From positions 1 through 64,000 of IMG/VR virus record IMGVR_UViG_3300028393_004061: a stretch of 64,000 nt of DNA; one strand, 5' to 3'. Under the pieces are notes generated by a model, which made no database searches, was not told the DNA's origin, and was given only the letters and a program-made list of their open reading frames with translations. The stretch comes from a virus. Taxonomy: Duplodnaviria; Caudoviricetes. How positions within the stretch are numbered: the first letter of the stretch is position 1; every line of letters begins with the position of its first letter. Shown in pieces: positions 19,049-32,600 of this stretch. The position numbers and the translations under genes were made by a program.

Positions 19049-21196
19049 TTATTTACACTTCTTTTTAGCGAAAGGAAGCAACTGGAATATACTTACACAG
19101 GGATCACTCTTCCTGCAAGTTCCCATCACCCTAGTACTTGCTTTAATTGCACCACTAGATGTATCATACATTAATATTAATCCAATATTCGGTGCTGGTT
19201 TTCCATCAGCACCTGTCGCATCTTTACCAGCTAATAACAAAATATTGTCTTCTGCTATAAATAAATGAGACTTTTCAGTTATATTTACATAGTAACTTTT
19301 AGTATATACAAGTTTAAACTTGCTTATAATTTCAATTTTATTTGATTTAGGAGAAGATTCCCCTATATCTCCAATTACCTCAATTTTATTATCTGTAGTT
19401 AGAATTATATAGTTGCCAGCAACCCTTAAAAGAACTAATCCAGCACCACTAGCAGACTCCTGATATCTATGAATGTGTGGACCTCTTGGATTGTCATAAT
19501 GTGGACAATAAATTTGAATATGTTGAGTTTGTGTCTCTAATTGAGAATTATCATCTTTCATCAAAAATTCCAAACCATAACCAGACCTTATCTTTACATA
19601 AGCCTTTTTAGCAAATGGTGTTGGAACTCCACCTTCTCTTCTATCTGGCCCACATTGTTCATTTGTATGATCAATCATTTCAAAACGATGAGTGCTGGTT
19701 GATTCCATCGTAATTCCACGCTTTTCTCCAGCCACACATTTGGTTTCATCATGATCATTTAATTCAATTCTATTTCCATGAGCAGATAAAAGTTTTATTG
19801 CATTGTATTCACTTCTTACATTTGGAGTTCCCTCTTTCTCCAAATCACTCATTTCAATCATATGCCCAGTTGCAGATTTCATATACATTCTGCCATCAAA
19901 GTGATCTGTGCATCCAAAATCAAATGGCTTCATGCTCCTTTCCCACTCTGGTTTTCCAGTTGGATCTTCTACTGAATCATCCATCACTATCGTATGGCCA
20001 GCAACAGACATTAATTGTATTCCAGATTGTGGCAAATCACATTTATTATTTTGAGGTGTGCCTGTTCCTTTGTATGGACGACATTCATTTTGATTTTTGA
20101 AATAAGCATTTGCACCAATTTGCTTATTGTAATATTTGGATTTTGGATGACCTGTACTTGGATGACCACCAATGATTTTATCACCACAGACAGGAATTTC
20201 TTTTGCTCCTGTTATAATTGGGGCAATATTATGTGACTTCGCAGATTGTTCTGACAAAGCTATAGCTTGTTGTGATAAATCTTTATTATCTTTGTTGAAT
20301 TGTGCATCTGTAGCTATAATTCCTCTATCTATTCCTAATTGTCGTGCCAAGTCTGGATATGGTTGTTCTGAAACACCATCAACACAACTAACATCGGCAT
20401 CTATTAATCCGCATTCTGGATGCGACCATTGACCACAATAATGAAGATGATCATCTTTCATCATAAGCCAATTTCCGGTACTACTCATCAACTCTAATCT
20501 TTTCCATTTTCGATTACATTTTGGATCACCATCTACCATTTTTAACATATGCTTTTCTGGAGTTTTAAATCCATAAATGTTTGGATATGTGATAAGTTTT
20601 TGAGCTTCTGGCTTATCTGCAAAGTCTTGAACTGAGGTTAAGTCAAAACCATTGTAACTTTCTGTGTTCCAAGGAGGCAATACTTGAGATTCATCATTTG
20701 GTCCTACCAAATAACCTTTTCTATGACCTTCTGAAACTTTATAATATTCATCCATGAGTTGTTCACAACCCCATGTATGCTGCCCTTCTGGGCCTCTATT
20801 TCTATACCAAATTGTTCCTATATAATACGCAGCAGCCCTATGACCATTTTCAAAAACTATAGCAACAAATGAACCAGCAGGAGGAACCCAACTTAATCCA
20901 GAATCATCAAATCCTCCCATCGCAGATATTGGATTTGCCCATGGCAATTCTTTTACTGTTGCATTTGGATGATGTAGAATTGGACTGAAAAATCTAACTC
21001 TGTTTTGCTTCCATATGTCTATAGTTTCTAATACCAATCCAATATGCATTCCAAAAAGCATATCTTTCGTATCTGGAAATTTATTTCTTTGTTCCGATCT
21101 TCCTATTGCCATCTTTGTAAAGTCTGAGTCTCCAACTTGACTCTCTAAAGCTTGCAATTTTCTTTCTAATAAATCAATTTTTTCTTGTAATCCCAT
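19049..21196 (-). CDS. Baseplate central spike (gp5/VgrG OB-fold-like); no lysozyme domain recognised
   Basis: GLVLETID..KQNRVR...LPWA.P...VPP.GS.V.IVFENG OB-fold; GH.IEM.D-type beta repeats. Confidence 0.8.
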   Translation of the reverse strand: MGLQEKIDLLERKLQALESQVGDSDFTKMAIGRSEQRNKFPDTKDMLFGMHIGLVLETIDIWKQNRVRFFSPILHHPNATVKELPWANPISAMGGFDDSGLSWVPPAGSFVAIVFENGHRAAAYYIGTIWYRNRGPEGQHTWGCEQLMDEYYKVSEGHRKGYLVGPNDESQVLPPWNTESYNGFDLTSVQDFADKPEAQKLITYPNIYGFKTPEKHMLKMVDGDPKCNRKWKRLELMSSTGNWLMMKDDHLHYCGQWSHPECGLIDADVSCVDGVSEQPYPDLARQLGIDRGIIATDAQFNKDNKDLSQQAIALSEQSAKSHNIAPIITGAKEIPVCGDKIIGGHPSTGHPKSKYYNKQIGANAYFKNQNECRPYKGTGTPQNNKCDLPQSGIQLMSVAGHTIVMDDSVEDPTGKPEWERSMKPFDFGCTDHFDGRMYMKSATGHMIEMSDLEKEGTPNVRSEYNAIKLLSAHGNRIELNDHDETKCVAGEKRGITMESTSTHRFEMIDHTNEQCGPDRREGGVPTPFAKKAYVKIRSGYGLEFLMKDDNSQLETQTQHIQIYCPHYDNPRGPHIHRYQESASGAGLVLLRVAGNYIILTTDNKIEVIGDIGESSPKSNKIEIISKFKLVYTKSYYVNITEKSHLFIAEDNILLLAGKDATGADGKPAPNIGLILMYDTSSGAIKASTRVMGTCRKSDPCVSIFQLLPFAKKKCK

Positions 21197-21205
21197 AAAA
21201 CATCC

Positions 21206-22690
21206 TTATAAAAAAGCACTTTCCCCAGCAAAATTACCATCACCCTGACCATCTGGATTATAGCCACTATCATTATTTCCAAGTGGAGCATTGGAAGAAA
21301 GTTCTGCGTTTCCTGCTGGGAGAGTGACTTTTAATTTTGTAACAAATTTCCCAGCTTCTATTTGATGATCTACACCTTGAACCATCCATCTTTTATTAGA
21401 CAAAACTGGATTCAATGGTGGATCTGCCAACCATACACATTCGCCAGATCCACCAGTAATTGCAAATGGACTTACTACTGCTATTGAAACATATCTTCCT
21501 GCAACATCAGCAAGAGTAAACCAACTCGGATCACCAATTATTGTCAATTCTGCTTCTATAGTCTTTTTTAATTCAAGGGATTTATTTGCCGTAATGTTAG
21601 CAGCATTAGCTTCTTCGGCATTTGCAGCACGAACTTCTGGTGGTATAGTATTTGCTTCGGCAGGTATTGATATAGTGTTACCAGAACCGCTTGGTTCAAT
21701 TGGAAGTGAGTCTAATGGTGGTTTTGCTTTTATAAGATTACCACTTGAAGATCCACCAGCTACACCGCCATGACCACCAGCATCTAAAACCCATTCTATA
21801 TCTGGGGTAAATGATAATACATTAGAGCAATTTCCCCCATTTACTATGTAGCTTGCTTTAATACCAGAACATCCACAATTTTCACCATCGCCAGTACAAG
21901 CATCATCTTCTTGTATGATTAATTTTACATCTACTGGGTCATATTTAAAATAAACGCCTTTACCTGATAGTGTTTTAACAACACTTACCCAATTTCTTAT
22001 TGTTGAAAGAAGTGGAAGTTCATTCGCTTGCCATGCTGACTTTGGTCCTTTTCCTTCTTTGTCTTCGCTCAATTCAAATTCTAAGTTACCACCATCAGCA
22101 CTCCTAAATTCAACATCAATAACTGGATCATTGTTATCACAAAGCTGTTTTACTGCTTGTTTTAAATCAATAAGATTATCTTCGCTTCCCTCGTCTTTTT
22201 CCACTCTTCTACTAAAACTTCTGATGAGCAAATCAGTACATGTTAATTTTATTTTCGTAACACCAGAATCAATATTTGTACTTAACTTTGTTGGCAAAAT
22301 TTTTATATGTGGTGACTCCGAACCAATCTGGGCTGCTTCTCCACAATTTCTTTTAATCCATCCAAATTTAAACCAACATTGATTTATATCTTCGGGAGCT
22401 TCTTTAATTGATTTGTTTATTACATCTAAAAGCTCTTTATATCCAGTTGCACCCTCTGCAATAAGTTCGAATTCACAAGTTATTCCACCCTGACCTTGAG
22501 CAAGACCATATTGCATTGACTTTAATGCAACTTTATGAGGATCTTTATCATATGATTCATTTCCACATTTAAATAACATTCCTTTTAAATATAATTCAAA
22601 AAAAGGAGCAAAAACATGTCCAGCCATTGGTTTTTCTGGTGGCAAACATTTAAGATATTTAGCTGCTTCTTTTCCTACAGTACAAGCCAT
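21206..22690 (-). CDS. Baseplate hub protein (gp27/gpD-like)
   Basis: Lies between gp53-like and gp5-like genes; AELTIIGDP...WMVQGVDHQIEAGKFVTKLKV C-terminal barrel. Confidence 0.65.
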   Translation of the reverse strand: MACTVGKEAAKYLKCLPPEKPMAGHVFAPFFELYLKGMLFKCGNESYDKDPHKVALKSMQYGLAQGQGGITCEFELIAEGATGYKELLDVINKSIKEAPEDINQCWFKFGWIKRNCGEAAQIGSESPHIKILPTKLSTNIDSGVTKIKLTCTDLLIRSFSRRVEKDEGSEDNLIDLKQAVKQLCDNNDPVIDVEFRSADGGNLEFELSEDKEGKGPKSAWQANELPLLSTIRNWVSVVKTLSGKGVYFKYDPVDVKLIIQEDDACTGDGENCGCSGIKASYIVNGGNCSNVLSFTPDIEWVLDAGGHGGVAGGSSSGNLIKAKPPLDSLPIEPSGSGNTISIPAEANTIPPEVRAANAEEANAANITANKSLELKKTIEAELTIIGDPSWFTLADVAGRYVSIAVVSPFAITGGSGECVWLADPPLNPVLSNKRWMVQGVDHQIEAGKFVTKLKVTLPAGNAELSSNAPLGNNDSGYNPDGQGDGNFAGESAFL

Positions 22691-22699
22691 ATCGCCTCA

Positions 22700-23023
22700 T
22701 TAGAAAATTGAATTTGGTATGTATATGCTAATACCAGATTTGAAATCATATATGTCTTTTATGTTATTTGCTTCCATAATTTTCCACCAAAATATGGTTG
22801 TTCCATAGAAATCAGCAGATACTAAATCTGGTCTATATTCATATGATTTATTTATTACTGTGTATTTGTCTTGACTACTTGATTCTATGTCACTTTTTTT
22901 ATATGTTGGAAATGTTATGTACTTTTGCGCACCATAGTAAATTACTTCTGAGTCATAATACCTACTACCAGAAGGAACAAATTTTTTAGCTTTTATTTTT
23001 GTATACTCTATATTGTTTGCCAT
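22700..23023 (-). CDS. gp53/LysM-like baseplate wedge protein
   Basis: YEYRPDLVS..FYG...FWW.IMEAN.I.D.Y.F..G..I.IP. Confidence 0.8.
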   Translation of the reverse strand: MANNIEYTKIKAKKFVPSGSRYYDSEVIYYGAQKYITFPTYKKSDIESSSQDKYTVINKSYEYRPDLVSADFYGTTIFWWKIMEANNIKDIYDFKSGISIYIPNSIF

Positions 23024-23595
23024 TATTCGGTTTCTCCCCTTACAACATCATCTGCATATGGTAATTTACTAGATTTATATACAGCTTCAAAAGTCAAAGA
23101 AACATCTAATTTATAAGGTATTCCAGTATCTTCATCCCATGGAACGCCTGGATCAAACTTAACATTATAACTTTTTAAAACTACGCACAAATCGTTTTTT
23201 TCCAATAGATCAAAACATTTTAATTTCATTATTGGAGGAGGAGAATAAAAGCCACCAGTTCCTTTTTCTGGATAGACATGAGCCTCTAGCCATCTTAATG
23301 TTTCTAAAATGGCTTGGGCAGATTGATTTCCACTTTCTTCTTGTACAAACATATGTAAATCTACATTTATAGATCTATTTTCAGAATAAGCATAGTTTTT
23401 AAATGGTGCAGTTCTTCCTATTGCTGATTCATCTGTATAATTTGCTGATTTAGAATCACTTATATCTGGGATATTATCAAAAATTAATTTAGTGTTATTA
23501 CCCATCGAATACATTGGTCCATTTGATTGTAAATCGCTTTCTATATAGCAGTTTTCTATTGGTTGTAAATTGCCACCTTTAAGTGTTGCTTTCAT
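23023..23595 (-). CDS. Tail tube initiator (gp48/gp54 / CIS-tube-like)
   Basis: ISDSKSANY....IGRT.P...YAYSENRSI; YSPPPI; V...Y.V.FD; P..LDVSLTF. Confidence 0.75.
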   Translation of the reverse strand: MKATLKGGNLQPIENCYIESDLQSNGPMYSMGNNTKLIFDNIPDISDSKSANYTDESAIGRTAPFKNYAYSENRSINVDLHMFVQEESGNQSAQAILETLRWLEAHVYPEKGTGGFYSPPPIMKLKCFDLLEKNDLCVVLKSYNVKFDPGVPWDEDTGIPYKLDVSLTFEAVYKSSKLPYADDVVRGETE

Positions 23596-23609
23596 GTCAT
23601 CCTTTTATT

Positions 23610-26600
23610 TTAGATAGTACCAGATCCAATATTGCCAACTTGCTTATTGGCTCCTTGGAAGAACCCACCATAAGGCCATTTTGGATTCATTAAAGGCTTA
23701 TTTCCTACTTTTTTATTCGATGTATCTGGTTGTGGGCCTGTTCCTGTCTGAGTCACATTACTTGACTTTCCCATCGCTGCAACTAACTTAGTAAGAAGTT
23801 CTACCATTTGTTGATTTAAAACAGTTTGCTCATGACTTTCTTTTGCTATATTGGCAAGTTCTGGAGAAGATACCACAGATGAAGATGGTTCGGATGTTGT
23901 TTTATCCTTCTTTACTTTATCTTCAGTTGATCCAGCCATAGGAGGAACAACTGATACGCTTGCTGCTGGTTTGGCTTCGCTCGTAGCAAAAGAACCGCCA
24001 CTGCCACTATAAGTAGTATCTTTTGCACCTACAGAATTTACATTCTTTATAAGTTCACTCATCTTGCCAAAATCAACACTCTTGAAGTCCATTGTTCCAG
24101 ACAAACCAGACATTGCTTTTTGAATTGATTCCATTACTTGCGTAATCAACTGTATTCTCAACAAAGCTTCGGTCAACTCTGTTGTGTTGGGAAGATTATT
24201 CATAATTGGATTTATAATGCCATCTTTTAAAAATACAGTTATGCTATTCCACCAACCCTTAAACAATTCTGCTTGGCTATCAATTGTTTGCACTGGTGCT
24301 TTTCCAAAAGGCATCTTACTCAACAAAGGACTTATTTTTTCTGAGAAAGCTGTCAAAGTATTACCTACTTCAGAAATTATACTTGATGTAAATATTATCT
24401 TTTTATTTGTATCTTCTAAAACTGAAGTGGAAGGAAGATTATTTATAATAGGATTTATTATCCCTTCAGTTAGAAGTCCAGTTATGCTATTCCACCAGCC
24501 TTTAAACAGTTCTGCTTGTCTATCAATTTTTTCTATTGGTGATTCTGAAACCCATCCACGACTTAATAGAGGTGTTAGATTTTGCGAAAATTTATCACAA
24601 ACATTTTTTACACCAACTATTGAATCTGCAACTAATCCCAATCTTTTATTTACTTCTTCAAGCATTACAGAATCTGGCATTTCCTTAATTGGATTTATAA
24701 TGCCATCTATAATGGCATGAGCAATTCCATAAAACCATGATCCAACCGTTACTGCTGCACTTAAAAGTGAAGGATCAAAAGATGGAGATGATATTAGTTC
24801 GTAAATTGCAACTGAGAATTTGGCAATGAATTTAGGAACTTCCTTCATTGCAATAGCTATTTGATCTATGGCCAAATATGCCATTTCAATTTCTTCTTTT
24901 GTAATCATTCCTTCGAATATAGGATTTATAATTCCATTTCTCATGAATGTAGCAACAGTATAAAACCAAGAAGAGAACAATTCAACATTTGAAGCTAGTA
25001 CGGCTATTGGAGAATCTTTGAAACACTTGTCTGGTGTCATCAATCCAAAAGATTTAGACAAATTGTTTATGATCGTTGGTATCAAATTTATAATTGTATT
25101 CATAGCAGACAAAGTTGTAGCTGCTTGTCTAATTGTTTTAACATCAGGAAGTTCAGTTATTATTGGTTTAACTATTCCATCTCTCATAAATATTGCAACT
25201 TGAGTAAGATATTTGGTAAACTCATCTTTTGCTGCCATGATTTTAGGCAATGGAGCTAAATCTTGACTTTCAACCAATGGGATTAAACCAGTAGCAGTTC
25301 CATTTATAACTTGTGGCAGAGTTCTTATAATGTTATTCATTGCACTTAATATCGTTGATGCATTTCTAATTGCCTTTATGTCCTGTAATTCTGTTACTAT
25401 AGGATTAACAACGCCATCTCTTAAAAATGCTGCGACTTGTCTGAAATAACTTCCAAACCTTTCTTTATTCTTCATGATTATACCGATAGAAGAATCATCG
25501 AAATCTCCTTCTTCTCCCAGTAAATCTATAGATGTAACCATTCCTTTTATTACTTTTGGTATAGAAGTCAGTATTATTTCCAAACTCCTCATAATGGTTG
25601 CAGCTTCAGTTATTTTCTTTGGAGGAGTATCTGCAAAAACTTCTCTTATTTTGTTTACTATTCCATCACGAATAAATTCAGAAATAGATTTGAAATAACT
25701 TCCAAATACTTCTTTATTCTTATCTATTTTTGGTATCGGAGCTTCGCCAAAAAAATCAGATCCTGCGAACAACATATTTATAGCTGTTCCAAGATTTGTC
25801 AAAACAGGAGGAACAGAAGAAATTGTTTTTGCCAATGCAATCATAATTGTACTAGCTTTAACTATATCTTTTTCATTACCAAATACATTATTTATTGGCT
25901 CTACAATGCCACTTCTTACAAATGCAGCTATAGCAGCAAAATAAGTGGCAAATAATTCTTTATTTTGATATATCTTTTTCATAGGTGATATTTCCCAAGG
26001 AGCTTTAGTCTCCAAGAATTGCATCACAGTTCCAAGACTTGTCAATACTCCAGCAGTTCCTCTCAATGCACCAGAAATTAAGCATGCTTGTTGGGCAGCT
26101 TGTTTTAGTTCCTCTGGGTTACCTGCCTTCTTAGCACCACCAACAATTCCAACATTTATAAATTCTGCTATAGAACCAAACCATTCAGCAAATTGATCCT
26201 TATATTTTACTATTTTACCTAAATCCATTCCTTCTTTAAAGAAGCCGGGATCCATGGTCTGCATCACAACGCCTAAACTCTTTAATACTGTTCCTGTTTG
26301 CGTAATAATGACTGCCATAGCAGCTAATTTTCTAGCAGCATCAGATAAAGACTTTGGATCTGCTATTTGTTTAGATACTGGATTTACAATACCTTCCATG
26401 ATAAACATTGCAATACTTCCAAAGAAATCCTTAAGAGTCTTCATGGAAGCTTCAATGTTTTGTGCCATAGTCTTCTGGTTGCCAACTACATCTGCACTTG
26501 TCAAAGGAAGAATAACAGTTTTCATTTGTGTAAGAACTGGGCCGACATATTGAATGATGCTCGCCATATTTTTTAATTTATTTGACGCATCTCTCAATTC

Positions 26601-29600
26601 ACTTCCTTTCTTGAATTTTTCTCTTACCTCGTCCACAATACCAGTCTTTATAAAGTCTGCTAATTTGCCAAAGAAACCTTTGAAGCTATTTTGCGATTCT
26701 TCAAGTCTTGAAATCATTGATGCACCACCAACTATCTTTACATCGGTAAGTGGCATAATTTGTTTTATCATTACATCAACAACTTTAACTACTTCTTGAA
26801 CCAATTTGCCAATATTTGTCATAACTGTTACAAGTTTTGCCGATTGTTTGACACTAGTTTTACCTTCTAAATCTTTAGCTATAGTTACTAATTCATTCAT
26901 AAAACCAATCAAAGGAGGTTTAAGCTTTGAAAATGAAGTTGTAGCTTGTGATATAGATTTAACTTCTTTTTCTGATGATTTTATATCGCCAAATGAAATT
27001 AATTTATCTTTAGTCTTTTTTATATCATCTGCAACTTGACCAGTAGCGGTAAATATAGAAGCTATACCTTTTCCCATACTTACAGCTTGACTTGGATTTA
27101 TTATTGTTCCAATTGCTTTGGAAAATTCAACAATTACTGAAACAAATGTTTTTATTGGCTCTATTAATTTTTTAAGTGCTTCTGCTCCACTTGTCATGTT
27201 ATCGCTGACATTTTTTCCCCATCCACCCCATGTTTTATTTGTGACACCAGTAAGTCTATCTCTAGATTTTAAAATCTCATCTGTTACAGAACCACAAGCT
27301 CCAAGAATTTCAGCAGCACCTTTACCCATTTGTATGGCTTTGCTTGGTTCTACCATAGTTCCTATTTTCTTAGAAAATTCAACAACTATTTTTATAAATC
27401 CATATACTGGTCCCATTAATTGAGACAATGCTTTTGTTCCATTTATCATCTGTTCGCTAACAGATTTTCCTAAGCCCCAATAAGACTTAGAATTATCAAT
27501 ATTTTTAAGCTTATCTCTAGTTTTCATTATCTCTTCAGTAACAGAACCACTAGCTCCCAAAACCGCAGCTACACCTTTACCCATTTCTGCTGCCTTTTTA
27601 GGTTCGACAATAGTTCCGATTTGTTTGGAGAATTCAACTATAAGACCAACATATTCAACTGTTGGTTCCATCATTTTTCTCAAAGCACGATTTCCCTCTT
27701 CCATTCTCTTGCTTACTCTCGAACCAAGGAACCAATACTTTTTAGAGTCCTCAATTTTTATAAGCTTATCTTTTATTTTCATTATCTCGTCTGAAACAGA
27801 TCCACAAGCAGATAAAATCTCAGCAACATCTCTTCCCATTTGAACTGCTTTTTTGGGATCTACTGTTCTTCCGATTCTTTTTGCAAAATCAACAACTGTG
27901 TATATAAAATAAATAACTGGTTCCATCATTTTTTTCAAAGCAAATACGCCATCCCACATTGCCTCTGGAATATTATAACTCCAAACCCAGAATCCTCCAT
28001 AAAGAGGTATATTTACAAGCCTATCTTTGGCTTTCATTATTTCATCTGTAACAATTCCACAACTAGCAAGAACTTCTCCAACATCTCTTCCCATTTCTGC
28101 TGCTTTTTTAGGATCTATTAAAGAACCAATTCTTTTTGCAAAATCAACAACTGTGTATATAAAATAAATAACTGGACTCATCATATCTTCCAAAGCAAAT
28201 ATGCCAGCCCACATTGCCTTTGGAATATTATAACTCCAACCCCAAAATCCACCATAAAGAGGTATATTTAAAAGCTTATCTTTTGCTTTCATTATTTCAT
28301 CTGTAACAATTCCACAAGCCCCAAGTATATCTGCAATTCCTTGACCCATTTCCTTTGCCGAAGATGGATCTATTACTGAAGAAAGAACTTTGTGAAAAGT
28401 AGCTATTGCTTCTGCATATAAATAAATAGGTGTCATTAAAAACTTTAATGCCCAATATCCCAATAATAAAAGAGGAGAAAGAAGAACGGCAGCAATAGCC
28501 ATAAAACCTAAAACTGAAAGTGCTGCTGCTGCCGAAATAATACTAAGTGATATTCTTGCTGTTGCAAATAATATTCCATCAACTGCTTCGACAATTTTAT
28601 CTGCTTCTGATTTATCAAATCCATCTGTTAATTCTGCTGACATTGCTAAAATTGCATTTCCAAGTGTTAGAATTGCTGGAGTTAAGGCCAATAATGCCAC
28701 ACCGCCCAATATCATAAGGCCTATCAATACTGGCAAGCCCCACCCAAAACCAGCGATTAATGTTCCTAATGATGTTAAGCCCCATGCAGCAGCTAATACA
28801 CCAGCAGATATTGCTGCTGCACTAAGCAACACAGCACCTACTGTTTCTCCAATTTCTATAGCTTTATCATAAGACAAACCAAATCCACCTATGATTCCAT
28901 CTGATACAAATAAAATTGCTGAGGCCAATAAAAGAACTGCTGGAGTAAGACCTATCAAAGCTGCTGCCCCACCTAATATTAGCCATAGGTTTGCCCATAT
29001 CATTGGAGCCATCAGACCTAAGCCAGCAAGACCATACATTGCACCTATAATTGCACCTGCTATAAATGCGGCACTAATTAACACAGCAGCAACAGTAAGT
29101 CCTACATCCATGGCTTTTTTAGCATCTAAATCAAATGATCCAAGTATCATCTGACTCATTTCTAATATTGTTGCACCTAATAATAAAATAATAGGAGTAA
29201 GAAATGCCAAAGCTGCTGCTCCAACAAGCATGGTCAATCCGCCATCAGCAAATGCTCCATAAGCTAATAATCCAAGACCCCATAAACCAGCCATTGCACC
29301 TATACAAGCAACAGCTATCATGGCGGCACTTAACAATATTGCAGTAACAGTAAGTCCTACTTCCATAGCTGTTTTAGAATCCAGATTAAATGCACCAAGT
29401 ATTGCTTGACTCATTTGTAATACTACTGAACCTAATAATAAAATTACAGGAGTGACAAATAGTAGTGCTGCTGCTCCTAGCAACATATTAGGAATAAATT
29501 TAGCGGATTCTTTTACAAAATCGCCTAAAACTTTCAATCCTTTCATGGCTCCATATATGCCAAAAGCAATAGCGGTAACAGCAGCAGCTATGGCAGCAAT

Positions 29601-32600
29601 TGTTGCAGCGGTTTCACCAATAGTTGATGGATCTAAATTAAAAGCAGATAATATAAGTTGCGACAATTTGATAATAGTGGCACCAAGTAATACCATAGCT
29701 GGGCCAACTACCATCAAAACAGCAATTGGTGTTATAATGTCTTGATAATTAAAGTTCTCAATAAAATCTTTTACTTCTGGTCCTTGTATTTGTTTTACAA
29801 ACTCCATTCCAGCAATAGTAATTGCAGTTGCTGCTGCACCTAATGCTGCTACTATTGCTGCTGTTTCAGTAATTGTTGCAAGATTTAAATTTAATTTAGA
29901 TGTAATTAGTTGTGCCAATGCAATAATTACAGCACCAAATAAAACCATTGCTGGGCCAAGAAGTGCAATTACTTTTGCAGCCTTAAATAATTTTTTCCAA
30001 CTAAATTCATCTACAAATTTTTGAGTATCATCACTTTGAAGTTGTTCTGCTAATTCCATTGCTCCTATAGAAATAGCTGCTGCTGCTGCTCCTACGGCAG
30101 CTATTATTGCAGCAGTTTCTGTCACCTTACCCAAATCAAGATTTAATTTAGATACTAGCTTACTTCCTATGAACATAATTCCGAATCCCAATATCAATAG
30201 ACCACCTGCTAGTGCTGCTATAATTCCACCTAATTTTGCTAATTCTTTGGGATTTATTCCTTCTACTTGTTTCAATAATTTTTGAATTATATTGTCTTCT
30301 GTTTCTGGAGTTTCTACCTTGATTGTCTTTTTTTCTTCTTTAACTATTTGCTTTTCTTGTTTTTGTAACCATTTCTCATGTTTTATTTCTGATTTTATTT
30401 TTTTGTCATATCCTTTTTTCAATTTTGGATCAATGCCTAAATCCATGGTTTGTTTTTTTACCATTAGGCCTTTACCAACTTCTTCCATTTTATTTTCTGG
30501 TATCGCCTTTCCACCTTTTGCAACTCTATCATCAGACATTTTTCTAGCTTCGATCATGGCCTCTTTTAATTTATCACCATCTGAGCTTGGCTGTATTCCA
30601 CTTTTAATTGCCTTCATCTGATCTTCTGTCATTCCACCACGAAGTGCTTCTGTTGGAGCTTTAACTACTGCCCCTTCTCTTTCTGCTCTTTTTGCCAGTA
30701 ACTTTTCTTTTAATGCTTGGTTTTTCAACATCTGATCAGCCTTATCGGTTGTCGCTTCAGATGTACTTCCTGATATTACTGGTTTTAAATTAGTTGGATC
30801 AACTGCTGGTTTGGTTGCAAATTGTTTCAACATCTGATCGGCTTGAGAAGTTTGTACCTCAGATGTTTTTGCAAGTAATGCTTCTGTACTAGATGCAGTT
30901 TGACTTAACTTTGCTATGATTGGATCAACTGTTGGTTTAGCTTGTGTCAATGAAGCCATTGCATCTGGCTTCTCTGTTGCCATCACAGGTTTAAGATTCA
31001 TTGGATCAACTGCTGGTTTGGCTTGTGTCAATGAAGCCATTGCGTCTGGCTTCTCTGTTGCTATCACTGGCTTAAGATTCATTGGATCAACTGTTGATTT
31101 AGCTCCAATTTGTTTCAGCATTGCATCAGTTTTAGAAGTTTGTATCTCAGATGATTTTCCAATTATTGCTTCTGTGCTAGATGCAGTTTTCTCAAATTTA
31201 TCTTCCATAACATCAAAAGCTTTGGATGAAGCTCCAGTAACCTTTGACATAAATGATCCAATTATATTTGTGGAAGATGCTCCAATCGTTGCAAGAAAAG
31301 CTTTAATTGGTGCTGCGAAGCCGCCAGCGAATTTGTCTAAAAATGAATTAATCATGTCTGAGATCATATTTGAATTGTCAGCAATCGGTTCTGCTGGAGG
31401 AGCAATATTAGATGCACTTAATTTTGTCGTGTCCATTGCACTAGCTTTTGGAGGAACAATGCTAGATGCACTTAATGCTTTCATGTCCATCGCACTAGTT
31501 TTTGGAGGAGGAACAATACTAGATGCACTTAATGCTTTCATGTCCATCGCACTAGATTCTACTGGTTTGACTTGCTTCAATGCAGCCGTTGCATCTGTTT
31601 TTACTGCTTCTGGTTTGGCTCCAAGTTTCTTCAACATTTCATTGGCTTGAGAAGTTTGTATCTCAGATGTTTTTGCAATTACCTTTTCAGTATTGGATGA
31701 ACTTTGGCTTAATTTTGCCATCATTGGATCGACTGTTGGTTTGGCTGCAAAATGTTTCAACATTTCATTGGCTATTTTTTCCATATGAATGTCATGAGTA
31801 TAGATCGAACCAGGTTCGGTGGCTTCGTCTGTAAGTTTTCCTGATGATTTGCCAACCAATTCAACCCCCATCTGCGTAGCTTCGTTGGCTTTTACTTGTG
31901 ATCGCATCATGGCATCTCTACCAACATTGCCTTTCTCGACTTCATCCATATAGGCTGTATATTGATTTTTCCATTTCAATGCCTCTTTTCTGTCTTCGTT
32001 GATCCCAGTATTCCAATCTTCCCATTTAATGCTCCAATATTTCCAAGTTTGGTATGCACTTGAAAACATAGTTCCAAGAACAATAAGTGGAACTAAAATT
32101 GAACCAAGAGCAGAATTGAATATGGAACTTAAACCAGAATTAGATAAATTTCTAAGTGTATCATTAATTTCTTTTAATGATTGTGCAGCAGCAGTTGCTG
32201 GATCTAATTGTGATTTCGCAGCAGTTGAAGCCTCTTGTTCTGCTTTATTTATTTGTGCCGTTAATTCTCTGAAAGCAACTGGATCTTTTAATGCCTTTTC
32301 AATTGAAGATGCATCTATTTTTAATTCTTTTTTACCAGTATCTTTAAGTTGTTTGTTTACACTCGACAATGCATTTGTTATTGCTCCTCTAGCCACATCC
32401 GTTTCATTTGTCCAAGCTATTCCCAAGGCATTTAGATCTTCTTCAAATTCTCCTCTTTTTTTACTAAACTTACCAAGGGCTTCTCCCATGTTCTTGGCGG
32501 ATGAAGCGGCTTTGTCTATAGATGTTAAAACTTCCATGGATTTAGAAAGTTTTAATTTTCTTTCTTCTTCTGCAATACCTGCTTTTTCTTCTAAAGTTAT

